Position numbers and translations under genes: made by a program. Positions 1 through 9,356 of a stretch of DNA of 64,000 bases are shown piece by piece (within the stretch, counting starts at the first letter, position 1; each line of letters begins with the position of its first letter). The notes under the pieces were generated by a model. That model did no database searches and had not been told where the DNA came from. It was given only the letters and a program-made list of their open reading frames with translations. This stretch comes from an uncultured bacterium (GTDB taxonomy: Bacteria > Krumholzibacteriota > Krumholzibacteriia > LZORAL124-64-63), in the NCBI GenBank assembly GCA_963732385.1, contig CAVSZB010000007.1, forward strand, positions 832,001 to 896,000, in the 5' to 3' direction.

Positions 1-568
1 CGAGCCGGGCCGGACGCACCCCCGGCGCGACGATCCAGTCGGCCGACACGCGGGGGAACCGGTCGACCGCCAGCGCCAGCGCCTTCCGCGCCGCCACCGC
101 GTCGGCCCGCCGTCCCAGCCAGCGCAGCACACGGTCGTCAAGGCTCTGCACGCCGAGGCTGACCCGATTCAGTCCGGTCTCCCGCCAGGCGGCCGCGATC
201 GCCGGCGTAAAGCTCTCGGGGTTCGCCTCCACCGTCGCTTCGAGGTCGGGCGCGGCCGGCAGACGGCCGGCGGTCGCGGCGAGCAGCTCCGCCAGCAACT
301 CCGGCTCGAGCAACGACGGCGTGCCGCCACCGACGTAGAGCGTGCGCAGCACGGCCCGTCCCTCCCGCAGCGTGGCGCAACGGTCGCGCCGCAGCGCGAA
401 CTCGCCCGCGATCGCCGCGGCCACGCGTCGGCGCAACGCCGCATCGTGCGTCGCCGTCCGGGCGAAGTGGCAGTAGGGACAGATCGTCCCGCAGAACGGA
501 ATGTGCAGATAGAGCCCCCCCCCGCGGCGGGCGGGGACGATGCCGGAGACAGGCGGCGGAACGGGCAT
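1..568 (-). CDS. hemW: Radical SAM heme chaperone HemW (HemN-like), 3'-truncated by window edge
   Basis: Manual translation from ATG 568: MPVPPP...GLYLHIPFCGTICPYCHFART (CxxxCxxC), TLYVGGGTPS, EANPES, RVSLGVQS; lepA-lepB-hemW order. Confidence 0.9.
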   Translation of the reverse strand, partial: MPVPPPVSGIVPARRGGGLYLHIPFCGTICPYCHFARTATHDAALRRRVAAAIAGEFALRRDRCATLREGRAVLRTLYVGGGTPSLLEPELLAELLAATAGRLPAAPDLEATVEANPESFTPAIAAAWRETGLNRVSLGVQSLDDRVLRWLGRRADAVAARKALALAVDRFPRVSADWIVAPGVRPARL

Positions 569-576
569 GCAAGCCC

Positions 577-1275
577 TCAGCGGATGATGTCCCCGAGGCG
601 CGACAGGCGCGGCCGCATCCGATCCTTGTCCCAGGACCAGTAGATGAACAGCGCGCGTCCCTTCACCAGCTTGACGTCGAGCGGGCCCCAGAAGCGGCTG
701 TCGGCGCTGTTGTAGCGGTTGTCACCCATCATGAACAGATGGCCCGGCGGCACGACATAGGGACCGAAGGCGCGGTTGAGTTCACTCCCGCGGAGCAGTT
801 TGTCCTGATCGTGCCAACTGTGCGGTTCATACAGCCGGCTGTCCACGTACAGCAGCCCGTCGCGCACCTGCACCGTGTCGCCCGCCACGGCGACGCAGCG
901 TTTGATGTAGTCCTGGTTCAGGTCCCGCGGGTACTGGAAGACGATGATGTCGCCCTGACGGGGCTGCCGCAACGCCGGCAGTTTCAGGACCGGCAGATCC
1001 TCGGCGAGCGTGCGGCCGAGAATCCGGATCCGGTCGGGAGTGCGGGCGCCGTAGACGAATTTATCCACGAACAGGAAGTCGCCCACGAGCAGCGTCTTCT
1101 CCATCGAGCCGGTCGGGATGCGAAAGGCCTGGAACAGGAACTGCCTGATGCAGAGAGCGAAGAGGACGGCCACGCCGATCGCCCGCACATACTCCAGGAA
1201 CACCCGGCGCACGGACGAGGGGGCGGTGACGCGGGGAACGGATCGGCCCTTGGGAGCGGCGGCGACGTCGGACAT
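577..1275 (-). CDS. lepB: Signal peptidase I
   Basis: TM segment, then IPTGSMEKTL (catalytic Ser), YIKRC (Lys), GDNRYNSADSRFWG. Confidence 0.97.
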   Translation of the reverse strand: MSDVAAAPKGRSVPRVTAPSSVRRVFLEYVRAIGVAVLFALCIRQFLFQAFRIPTGSMEKTLLVGDFLFVDKFVYGARTPDRIRILGRTLAEDLPVLKLPALRQPRQGDIIVFQYPRDLNQDYIKRCVAVAGDTVQVRDGLLYVDSRLYEPHSWHDQDKLLRGSELNRAFGPYVVPPGHLFMMGDNRYNSADSRFWGPLDVKLVKGRALFIYWSWDKDRMRPRLSRLGDIIR

Positions 1276-1364
1276 GAACAGGCGACCTCTCTGTCACGCC
1301 GCGCGGCGCAACGACCGGCTGATACGTGGAAAGCGTCCGGGTGGTTCCCCCATCCCGTGAAAAA

Positions 1365-3158
1365 CTAGCGCTCGATTTTCAGGACCGCCAGGAAAGCCTC
1401 CTGGGGAATCTCCACGGCGCCGATCTGCTTCATGCGCCGCTTGCCCTCCTTCTGCTTCTCAAGCAGCTTCCGCTTGCGCGAGATATCGCCGCCGTAGCAC
1501 TTGGCCGTGACGTTCTTGCGGAACGCCTTGACTGTGGTCCGGGCGATCACGCGCGTGCCGATTGCGGCCTGGATCGCGACTTCGAACATCTGCCGGGGGA
1601 TCAGTTCCTTGAGCTTGCGGCAGAGGCTGACGCCCCAATTGTAGGCCCCCTCGCGGTGCACGATGCAGGCGAGCGCATCCACGGGATCGCCATTGATCAG
1701 GATGTCGAGCCGGATCAGGTCGCCCTTTTCGTGCGCCTTGTACTCGTAGTCGAGCGAGGCGTAGCCCTTGGACACCGACTTGAGCTTGTCGTAATAGTCC
1801 ACGACCAGTTCGGCGAGCGGGATGTCGAACACGAGATTCACCCGCTCGGTGTCGAGGTACTCCAGCTTGCGCTGGATGCCGCGCCGCTCGAGCGAGATCT
1901 GCAGGACATTGCCGACATACTCCTTCGGCGTGATGATCGACGCCCGCACGATCGGTTCGCGGACCTCGGCCAGTTCGTGAGGCGGCGGCATCAGGGCCGG
2001 ATTCTCGCAGCGCATCGTCACGCCATCCTCGCGCGTGACCTCGTACTCCACGTTGGGCAGGGTGGCGATCAGATTCAGATCGTACTCGCGCTCCAGCCTG
2101 GCCTGCACGATCTCCATGTGCAACAGGCCGAGGAACCCGCAGCGGAACCCGAAACCGAGGGCGGCGCTCGTTTCCGGCTCGAAGGTGAGGGAGGCGTCGT
2201 TGAGCTGCAGCTTCTGCAGGGCATCCCTGAGATCGCTGTAGCCGTCGGTGTCAGTCGGGTAGAATCCGCTGAAGACCATCGGCTTCGCCTCGCGGTAGCC
2301 GGGCAGCGCAGTGGCGCCGGTCTGCGACACGAGGGTGACCGTATCGCCCACCCGCACCTCGCGCACGTCCTTGGCGCCGGTTGCGAGATAGCCGACCTCT
2401 CCGGCCGTCAGCCCCGGCTGCGCCAGACGCTGGAGACGGAACCAGCCCGCCTCCTGCACGTCGAAATCGCGCGAGCTGCGGAACAGCCGGATCTGCTGCC
2501 CCTTGCGCACCGCGCCATCGACCACGCGGACGTAGGCGATGGCGCCGAGGTAGCTGTCGAAAACCGAATCGAAAATGAGCGCCTGCAGCGGGGCGGCAGG
2601 ATCCCCGCGCGGCGGCGGCACGCGATGGAGGATCGCCTCCAGCAGCTCCGGCACGCCCTCGCCGGTCTTCGCGCTGACCCGCAGCACCTCGGCCGGATCG
2701 CAGCCGATCAGATCGACGAACTGGCCGGTCACATAGTCGGGCCGGGCCGCCTGCAGATCGATCTTGTTGATGACCGGGATGATCGCGAGATCGTGCTCGA
2801 CGGCAAGATAGAGATTGTTGATGGTCTGCGCCTGCACCCCCTGCACGGCGTCGACGACCAGAATCGCCCCCTCGCACGCCGCAAGACTACGACTGACCTC
2901 GTAGTGGAAATCAACATGGCCCGGGGTATCGATGAGGTTCAGGACGTAGGTGACACCGTCGCTCGCCCGCCAGTCCATCCGGATCGGGTGGCTCTTGATC
3001 GTGATGCCGCGCTCACGTTCCAGATCCATCGAATCGAGAACCTGGGCGGCCATATCCTTGCCGATGACCGTGCCCGTCTGTTCGAGCAGGCGATCCGCGA
3101 GCGTGGACTTCCCATGATCGATGTGTGCAATGATGCAAAAATTCCGGATGTTCTGCAT
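1365..3158 (-). CDS. lepA: Elongation factor 4
   Basis: [38 protein letters not shown]-terminal [21 protein letters not shown]. Confidence 0.99.
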   Translation of the reverse strand: MQNIRNFCIIAHIDHGKSTLADRLLEQTGTVIGKDMAAQVLDSMDLERERGITIKSHPIRMDWRASDGVTYVLNLIDTPGHVDFHYEVSRSLAACEGAILVVDAVQGVQAQTINNLYLAVEHDLAIIPVINKIDLQAARPDYVTGQFVDLIGCDPAEVLRVSAKTGEGVPELLEAILHRVPPPRGDPAAPLQALIFDSVFDSYLGAIAYVRVVDGAVRKGQQIRLFRSSRDFDVQEAGWFRLQRLAQPGLTAGEVGYLATGAKDVREVRVGDTVTLVSQTGATALPGYREAKPMVFSGFYPTDTDGYSDLRDALQKLQLNDASLTFEPETSAALGFGFRCGFLGLLHMEIVQARLEREYDLNLIATLPNVEYEVTREDGVTMRCENPALMPPPHELAEVREPIVRASIITPKEYVGNVLQISLERRGIQRKLEYLDTERVNLVFDIPLAELVVDYYDKLKSVSKGYASLDYEYKAHEKGDLIRLDILINGDPVDALACIVHREGAYNWGVSLCRKLKELIPRQMFEVAIQAAIGTRVIARTTVKAFRKNVTAKCYGGDISRKRKLLEKQKEGKRRMKQIGAVEIPQEAFLAVLKIER

Positions 3159-3178
3159 AAGCCCGTCGGTCGTGCGGT

Positions 3179-3790
3179 TCAAAAGCCGGCCCGGAACAGG
3201 ACGACCGCGAAGTCGGCGTCCGGCGTCGAGGTGACTGCCGCGCCCCCGGACACCGCGTCCCAGCGATCGGGCACCGGGACAGGATCCTGGTCGAAGCCGT
3301 ACAGGTTGGCATCGACGTACGCGTCGAGAGTGATGATAAGCAGTGCACCGAGGGACCACCAGGCAAAATCGCGCACCCTCTCGCGGTACTCGGTCACCCG
3401 CAGCGTGTAGAAATCGCGAATGCGCGGGGCGTCCAGGGGGTCGACGAGCTGTTCCATCGTGCGCCAGCGCTCCGCTTTGCGATCATTCTTGATCAGCTGT
3501 GTCCAGTACATGGTTTCGGCGCCGAACGCCAGCGCCGCCCGCCAGCCGCTGCGGGCGTAGAGCTGGCCCCAACCGGGAAAGAGCGGGGTGACGAGCATCG
3601 CCCGTGTCGGACTGATCCCGAGTCCGACCGCCGGCAGTGCCGCGGAGGGCCCTGCGGCGGCCCGGTCCGGAGACGCCGCCACGTCCGGCAACTGAGCAGG
3701 TGTCGGGATCTCGGACGGGTCGCCGCAGACGGCCGGCGCAGCGACCGCCACGCATCCCAGCGTCAAGAGGAGGGCCGTCAGGCGCCGCAT
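3179..3790 (-). CDS. DUF5683-like membrane/secreted protein
   Basis: Signal-like N-terminus [30 protein letters not shown] and [10 protein letters not shown] motifs. Confidence 0.65.
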   Translation of the reverse strand: MRRLTALLLTLGCVAVAAPAVCGDPSEIPTPAQLPDVAASPDRAAAGPSAALPAVGLGISPTRAMLVTPLFPGWGQLYARSGWRAALAFGAETMYWTQLIKNDRKAERWRTMEQLVDPLDAPRIRDFYTLRVTEYRERVRDFAWWSLGALLIITLDAYVDANLYGFDQDPVPVPDRWDAVSGGAAVTSTPDADFAVVLFRAGF

Positions 3791-3813
3791 CCGCGCCGCT
3801 GGGGAACTCTTCG

Positions 3814-4740
3814 TCACGCCGCGCCTCCCCGCGCCTGGGCCGCGGAGAGAACGGCGGAGGTCTCGCCGGCCAGCACACGCAACCGTCCCGCCAGCAGCCG
3901 CACCGCATGGTCGCCTGCCGCCAGAAGTTCCGGTTCGCCGTCGAGGTGGATCCACGCCGGTTCCTCCAGACGCAGCCTGGCGCCCGCGGCGCGCGGGCAG
4001 TTCACCTGGCGATGGCGCAGGTGAGTGCCGTGGCGGGCGGCCCGGAACAGGCCGAACATCTCGCCGGGCGACAACGGCCCCACCAGGCAGAAATCGAGCA
4101 GGCCATCGGTCGGGTCGGCGCCCGGCGTGAGGCGGAAGCCGCCCCCGCAGAGGGGGCCATTGCCCAGTTCCGCCAGAGTCCAGGCGCCGGACCTTCCTTC
4201 CGCCTCTCCGTCCAGCTCCCAGCACGCGCGCACCGGCCGCTGCGCCAGCATGGCGGCAAGGGCGCCCAGAGCGTACCGCAACGGGCCGGCCTGGCGGGGA
4301 ATTCGCCCCGCGCGCCGCGAAACGTCACCGCTGAGGAACAGCCCGGCCGAGTTCACGAACGGCCGCCCCGCGAGGTAGCCGACATCGAGTTGACGCGTCG
4401 CGCGGCGACCGGCCGCCGCGGCGCCGGCCGGCGCATCCCGGATGCCGAGTCCGCGGGCGAAATCGTTGCCGCTGCCGGTCGGCAGGACCGCCAGGGCCGC
4501 ACCGGTCTGCAGCAGGCCGATCGCCACTTCGCGGCAGGTGCCATCCCCCCCCGCGGCCGCCACGACCGGATGGCGCTCGGCCGCCCGCGCGGCAAGTTCG
4601 ATCGCTTCACCCCGGCGCGAGGTGAGACACACCTCGACGGCGAACCCCTCCCGACGCAGCAGCGCCCCGGCGCTGGACGCGTCGAGACGCCGCCGAGGCG
4701 GCCCGGCTGTCGGATTGAGAATCACCGCCGCAGAATCCAT
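3814..4740 (-). CDS. Diacylglycerol/lipid kinase family (YegS/BmrU-like)
   Basis: ILNPTAG, AAGGDGT, LPTGSGNDFARGLG, GNGPLCGGG, HLDGE. Confidence 0.92.
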   Translation of the reverse strand: MDSAAVILNPTAGPPRRRLDASSAGALLRREGFAVEVCLTSRRGEAIELAARAAERHPVVAAAGGDGTCREVAIGLLQTGAALAVLPTGSGNDFARGLGIRDAPAGAAAAGRRATRQLDVGYLAGRPFVNSAGLFLSGDVSRRAGRIPRQAGPLRYALGALAAMLAQRPVRACWELDGEAEGRSGAWTLAELGNGPLCGGGFRLTPGADPTDGLLDFCLVGPLSPGEMFGLFRAARHGTHLRHRQVNCPRAAGARLRLEEPAWIHLDGEPELLAAGDHAVRLLAGRLRVLAGETSAVLSAAQARGGAA

Positions 4741-4761
4741 GGGCGGGCCTTCCGGGAAGGG

Positions 4762-4859
4762 TGGCGGGAATGTGTGGGAATCGAACCCACCCCGGACACG
4801 AAACGTGCCCGACACAGGGATTTGAAGTCCCGGGAGCCCACCAGGACCCAGCCATTCCC
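4762..4859 (-). tRNA. selC: tRNA-Sec (anticodon UCA)
   Basis: 98 nt: GGGAATGG CT GGGTCC-TGGT-GGGCTC (6-bp D stem, 4-nt loop), anticodon loop CTTCAAA, long variable arm CGGGCACG-TTT-CGTGTCCG, GTGGG-TTCGATT-CCCAC, G73 and CCA. Confidence 0.95.
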
Positions 4860-4869
4860 ATCCCGGCGA

Positions 4870-5262
4870 TCAGCGCGCGGTCGGTGCCCGCGCGATCATT
4901 TCCACGGCGACTAGCGCCTCCTTGGGCAGCCGCGACACCTCGACGAGCGAACGGGCCGGCGGCGCCTCGGCGAAGAAACCGCGGTACACCTCGTTGACCG
5001 CCCCGAACTCCCCGAGATCGCGCAGGAACACCGTAACCTTCACCACGTCCGCCAGGGTCAGGCCGGCCGCGGCCACAATCGCGCGCGCGTTCTCGAGGGC
5101 GCGGCGCGCCTGCTCGGCAGCGGACTGTCCGACCATTTCGCCGGAGCGTGGGTCGAGCGCGATCTGGCCCGCGGTAAAGAGCCAGCCGTCCGCGAGAACG
5201 CCCTGGCTGTAGGGGCCGATGGCGGCCGGCGCCTCGCCGGTCGCGACGATGGAGCGGGGCAT
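4870..5262 (-). CDS. ridA: RidA family enamine/imine deaminase
   Basis: APAAIGPYSQG, TAGQI, VVKVTVFL, PPARS, LPK. Confidence 0.93.
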   Translation of the reverse strand: MPRSIVATGEAPAAIGPYSQGVLADGWLFTAGQIALDPRSGEMVGQSAAEQARRALENARAIVAAAGLTLADVVKVTVFLRDLGEFGAVNEVYRGFFAEAPPARSLVEVSRLPKEALVAVEMIARAPTAR

Positions 5263-5308
5263 CGGAATTCCTCTCCGCGCGCCGGTCGGCGCGCTGACGC
5301 CTCTCTTC

Positions 5309-7135
5309 TTACTCCACGGTCACCGCTTTGGCAAGATTTCGCGGCTGGTCCACATCCTCGCCACGGAGCACGGCGATGTGGTAGGCGAGCAGCTGGAGCG
5401 GCACCACCGAGAGCAGCGGCGTCAGCATGTCGAGGCTCTCAGGGATCGTGATGACATGATCGCTCAGGCGGCAGATCTCCTCCTCCCCCTCGGTCACGAC
5501 GGAGATGATCTTGCCCTTGCGAGCCCGCACCTCCTGCACGTTCCCCTTGATCTTCTCGTAGCTGCCGTCACGCGCGCAGATCACGACGACCGGCATCTGG
5601 GGATCGATCAGGGCAATGGGGCCGTGCTTCATCTCGGCGGCCGGGTACCCCTCGGCGTGGATGTAGCTGATCTCCTTCAGCTTGAGCGCCCCCTCGAGCG
5701 CGATCGGGAAATTGTAGCCGCGCCCGAGGTACAGGAAGTTGGTGTGGTCCTTGTAGGCCAGCGCGATCTCCCGGATGCTGTCCGAGGTCTCGAGGATGCG
5801 ACGCACCTTGCCGGGGATCGCCTGCAGTTCGCGGATGACGCGCATGCCGAAGTCGGAGCTGATGTTCGAGCGCCGGCCGAGCAGGATCGTCAGCAGCGTC
5901 AGGATCGTGACCTGGCTCGTGAACGCCTTCGTCGAGGCTACCCCGATCTCCGGGCCAGCGTGCGTATAGACGCCCCCGTCCGATTCGCGGGCGATCGTCG
6001 AACCGACCACGTTCGTGATGCCGAGCACCTTGGCGCCCTTGCGCTTCGCTTCGCGCATCGCCTCGAGCGTGTCGATCGTCTCGCCGCTCTGGCTGATGGT
6101 CAGGCAGAGCGTGCCCGGCTCGATGATCGGCGAGCGGTACCGGAACTCCGACGCATACTCCACCTCCACCGGGATGCGCGCGTACTCCTCGATGAGATAC
6201 TCGCCGATCAGCCCGGCATGATAGGACGTGCCGCAGGCCAGGATGATGATGCGGCGGATGTTGCGCACTTCCCAGTCGGTAAGGCTCAGGCCGCCCAGCT
6301 TCACGTCGCCCGACTCCGGCAGGATGCGGCCGCGGAACGCATTCTCGATCGTCTCGGGCTGCTCCAGGATCTCCTTGAGCATGTAGTGCGGGTGGCCGCC
6401 CTTCTGGATCTGATCCAGATCCCAGGTGATCTCCTCGATCTCCTTGGTGATCTCGCGATTGTCGATCGTGGTGGTGACCACGTTGTCGGGCGTGAGGACG
6501 ACCATTTCGCCGTCATCCAGGTAGATCACCTGCCGGGTCTGGCCCAGGATCGCCGCCACATCGCTCGCCAGGAAATTCGTCCCCTGTCCCACGCCCACGA
6601 CCAGCGGCGATCCGCGCCGCGCGCCGACGATCTTGCCCGGCTCGTCGGCGTGCACCACCGCGATGCCGTAGGTGCCCACGCACAGCTTCAGGGCGCTCTG
6701 CACCGCCTGCTCGAGATTGCCGCGGTAGAAGTCGCTGATCAGGTGCGCCAGCACTTCGGTATCGGTATCCGAAAGAAAGACGCGGCCCCGCTTCTGCAGC
6801 TGGGTGCGCAGGGCGGAGAAGTTTTCGATGATGCCGTTGTGCACGACCGCCACCCGGCCGGCCGTGTCGAGGTGGGGATGCGCGTTGACGCGGTTCGGCT
6901 CGCCGTGCGTGGCCCAGCGGGTGTGGGCGATGCCGCACTTGCCCCGCAGGCTGTCCCACGGGAGGTCCGCCTCCAGATTGCGGATCTTGCCCTCCCGCTT
7001 GTGGACCACCAGGCGGCCCCCGTCGACCACGGCGATGCCCGCGCTGTCGTAGCCGCGGTATTCCAGCCGGCGCAGCCCCTCGAGCAGGGTGCCCACGACC
7101 TCATGCTGCCCGGTGATCCCCACGATCCCGCACAT
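5309..7135 (-). CDS. glmS: Glutamine--fructose-6-phosphate aminotransferase
   Basis: MCGIVG, LEYRGYDSAG, HTRWATHG, SQSGET, C-terminal PRNLAKAVTVE. Confidence 0.99.
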   Translation of the reverse strand: MCGIVGITGQHEVVGTLLEGLRRLEYRGYDSAGIAVVDGGRLVVHKREGKIRNLEADLPWDSLRGKCGIAHTRWATHGEPNRVNAHPHLDTAGRVAVVHNGIIENFSALRTQLQKRGRVFLSDTDTEVLAHLISDFYRGNLEQAVQSALKLCVGTYGIAVVHADEPGKIVGARRGSPLVVGVGQGTNFLASDVAAILGQTRQVIYLDDGEMVVLTPDNVVTTTIDNREITKEIEEITWDLDQIQKGGHPHYMLKEILEQPETIENAFRGRILPESGDVKLGGLSLTDWEVRNIRRIIILACGTSYHAGLIGEYLIEEYARIPVEVEYASEFRYRSPIIEPGTLCLTISQSGETIDTLEAMREAKRKGAKVLGITNVVGSTIARESDGGVYTHAGPEIGVASTKAFTSQVTILTLLTILLGRRSNISSDFGMRVIRELQAIPGKVRRILETSDSIREIALAYKDHTNFLYLGRGYNFPIALEGALKLKEISYIHAEGYPAAEMKHGPIALIDPQMPVVVICARDGSYEKIKGNVQEVRARKGKIISVVTEGEEEICRLSDHVITIPESLDMLTPLLSVVPLQLLAYHIAVLRGEDVDQPRNLAKAVTVE

Positions 7136-7150
7136 GTCTGCCTCCCTGGT

Positions 7151-8503
7151 TCAGACCCCGGCCCGGCGGCCGTGGTGCCCGCGGAGCTCGTCCACGAGCG
7201 CGCGTGCGGCGCGCGCATCGCGGGCCTCGGCGATCACCCGCACGATCGGTTCGGTGTTGGATGGGCGCACGTGGACCCACGCTTCGGCCCCGGTCCACTT
7301 CAGGCCGTCGCGCTTGTCGATCACGCCCGGCCCCAGCGCCTCCAGCGCCGCCTCCCAGTGCACGCGATCGAAGGCGCCGGTCAGCGCCAGCTTCTCCTTG
7401 AGCATGACCACCGGCGGAAAGGCCGCCGTCAGGTCGCGCAGCGAGCCGCCCCCCTGCGCCAGCGCCTGCAGGATCATGGCGATGCCGACCAGGGCGTCCC
7501 GCCCCGGATGCAGGGCCGGATAGATGACCCCGCCGTTCCCTTCGCCGCCGATCACGGCCCCGCCCGACAGCATCGCCTCCACCACGTTGGCCTCGCCGAC
7601 CGGCGCCCGCGTCACCGACGCCCCGTGGCGCGCGGCCGCCACCTCGATCAGGCGGGTCGTGGAGAGGTTGACCACGACCGGGCCCGTCTCCCGGGCGAGC
7701 AGGAAGTCCAGCGCCAGCACGAGCGTCAGTTCCTCGCTGAGCGGTTCGCCGTCGGCCGCCACGAGCGCCAGGCGATCGCCGTCGGGGTCGACCGCGAAGC
7801 CGAGGTCCGCGCCGGCCTCACCGACCGCCGCCCCCAACTCCGCCAGGTGCGCGGGTGTCGGCTCGGGATCGTGCGGGAACCGCCCGCTCAGGCCGCAGTG
7901 CAGCGGCACGCACTCGACGCCGAGGGCTGCCAAAAGCTCCGGTACGATGGCGCCGCCAGCCCCTTCGACCGCATCCACGACCGCCCGCAGCCGGCGCGCC
8001 GCCACCGCCTGCCGGTCCAGCCACGGCAGGGCGAGGATCGCCGCCACGTGCCGCGTGCCCCAGCCTGGCGCCGGTGCCACCGCACCCAGCCGGTCGGAGG
8101 CCACATGCCCGCCACCCGCGTCGAGACGCGCCTGCAGTTCCCGGTTCTGCGCGGCCGTCAGGAACAGCCCGCGACCCTCGAGGAATTTGAGCGCATTCCA
8201 GGGCTGGGGATTGTGGCTCGCGGTGATAATGATGCCGCCCACGGCATCCGTCTCCTGCACCGCCAACTCCGTGGTCGGAGTGGTGGCGATACCGAGATCG
8301 CGCACATCATGGCCGGTCGAAGTGAGGGCGGCCGCCACGGCGTGGAAGACCATGGCTCCGGAAGGGCGCGTGTCCCGGCCGACCACCACCGGCCCGGGCG
8401 GCAGCCACGCGCCGAACGCCGAAGCCCAGCGGGTGACCACCAGCGCGTCGAGGTCGTCCCCCACGACGCCGCGCACACCCGAGACACTCACCTGGAGCGG
8501 CAA
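7151..8503 (-). CDS. glmM: Phosphoglucosamine mutase (alpha-D-phosphohexomutase family)
   Basis: TASHNP, DPDGDR, GGEGNGG, RPSNTEP; adjacent to glmS. Confidence 0.88.
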   Translation of the reverse strand: MPLQVSVSGVRGVVGDDLDALVVTRWASAFGAWLPPGPVVVGRDTRPSGAMVFHAVAAALTSTGHDVRDLGIATTPTTELAVQETDAVGGIIITASHNPQPWNALKFLEGRGLFLTAAQNRELQARLDAGGGHVASDRLGAVAPAPGWGTRHVAAILALPWLDRQAVAARRLRAVVDAVEGAGGAIVPELLAALGVECVPLHCGLSGRFPHDPEPTPAHLAELGAAVGEAGADLGFAVDPDGDRLALVAADGEPLSEELTLVLALDFLLARETGPVVVNLSTTRLIEVAAARHGASVTRAPVGEANVVEAMLSGGAVIGGEGNGGVIYPALHPGRDALVGIAMILQALAQGGGSLRDLTAAFPPVVMLKEKLALTGAFDRVHWEAALEALGPGVIDKRDGLKWTGAEAWVHVRPSNTEPIVRVIAEARDARAARALVDELRGHHGRRAGV

Positions 8504-8635
8504 TGTGCAGGCTCCCCTCTACCGCGCCCGACGGCGGGCGCCGGATCGGGTCGACGCGCGCGGCCAGGGCCGGCCAACGGCCCCGACGCGGGGCCACGTG
8601 ATGCCAACCGGGCACGGGGGACGAGTGAGGCGGGA

Positions 8636-8711
8636 TGGAGCTGGTGTGCGGGATCGAACCGCAGACCTGCGCATTACGAGTGCGCTGCTCTACCAGCTGA
8701 GCTACACCAGC
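8636..8711 (-). tRNA. tRNA-Thr (CGU)
   Basis: GCTGGTGTAGCTCAGCTGGTAGAGCAGCGCA-CTCGTAA-TGCGCAGGTCTGCGGTTCGATCCCGCACACCAGCTCCA. Confidence 0.97.
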
Positions 8712-8766
8712 TCCGGAATCCCCAGCCTCGGCCGCGGGGCAGCCGGCTCGTGGCCTTGTGGAAGGG

Positions 8767-8842
8767 TGGTGCCTGGGGGCGGAGTTGAACCACCGACACC
8801 GTGATTTTCAGTCACGTGCTCTACCAGCTGAGCTACCCAGGC
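8767..8842 (-). tRNA. tRNA-Phe (GAA)
   Basis: GCCTGGGTAGCTCAGCTGGTAGAGCACGTGA-CTGAAAA-TCACGGTGTCGGTGGTTCAACTCCGCCCCCAGGCACCA. Confidence 0.97.
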
Positions 8843-8945
8843 ACCCGTCGCCGCCCCCCACACAGGAGGCGGTGAAGGGCGCAAAGAAGCACCCGCCGCG
8901 CCCTCCTGTCAAGGCCCCCGCCCATGGGACGGATCAGCCCGCACA

Positions 8946-9356
8946 CTATACAGCAACGGCACCCTGGGCGGCCAGCTCCTCGATTCTGGCCAGCACGGTG
9001 TCCAATTCGAACGGTTTGTAGATGCAGGCGTCCGCACGCGACCAGGTCGCGATGAACTTCTCCCGTTCGGGGCTGTTCACGCGCCGAGCCGTCAGGAGGA
9101 GTATCGGAAACCTCGCGCCGCCCGGCGTCGATTCCATCCACTCCTTCAGGAGTCGGCTCACCTCGTAACCGTTGCAGCCCGGCAACATCACGTCAAGCAG
9201 CAGGACATCGGGAGGGGTCTGTTTGGCCCGTTCCAGCGCGTCCAACCCGTCGAAAGCGGTGGCCACCTGGTAGCCCCTCATCTCCAGGCTGTACTCCAGC
9301 GTCTCGACGATGTCGGGCTCGTCGTCCACCACCATGACCTTGATCGGATCGGCCAT
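8946..9356 (-). CDS. Single-domain response regulator (REC)
   Basis: VMVVDDE, LLLDVMLPG, LLLTA, KPF; no output domain. Confidence 0.92.
   Translation of the reverse strand: MADPIKVMVVDDEPDIVETLEYSLEMRGYQVATAFDGLDALERAKQTPPDVLLLDVMLPGCNGYEVSRLLKEWMESTPGGARFPILLLTARRVNSPEREKFIATWSRADACIYKPFELDTVLARIEELAAQGAVAV

Noticed and set aside
1326..8788. Very long plus-strand ORFs (e.g. 1326..3410, 5219..8788; likewise 43121..46447 and 49928..52336)
   Set aside because: Antisense shadows of well-conserved minus-strand genes, expected at high GC; no recognisable motifs
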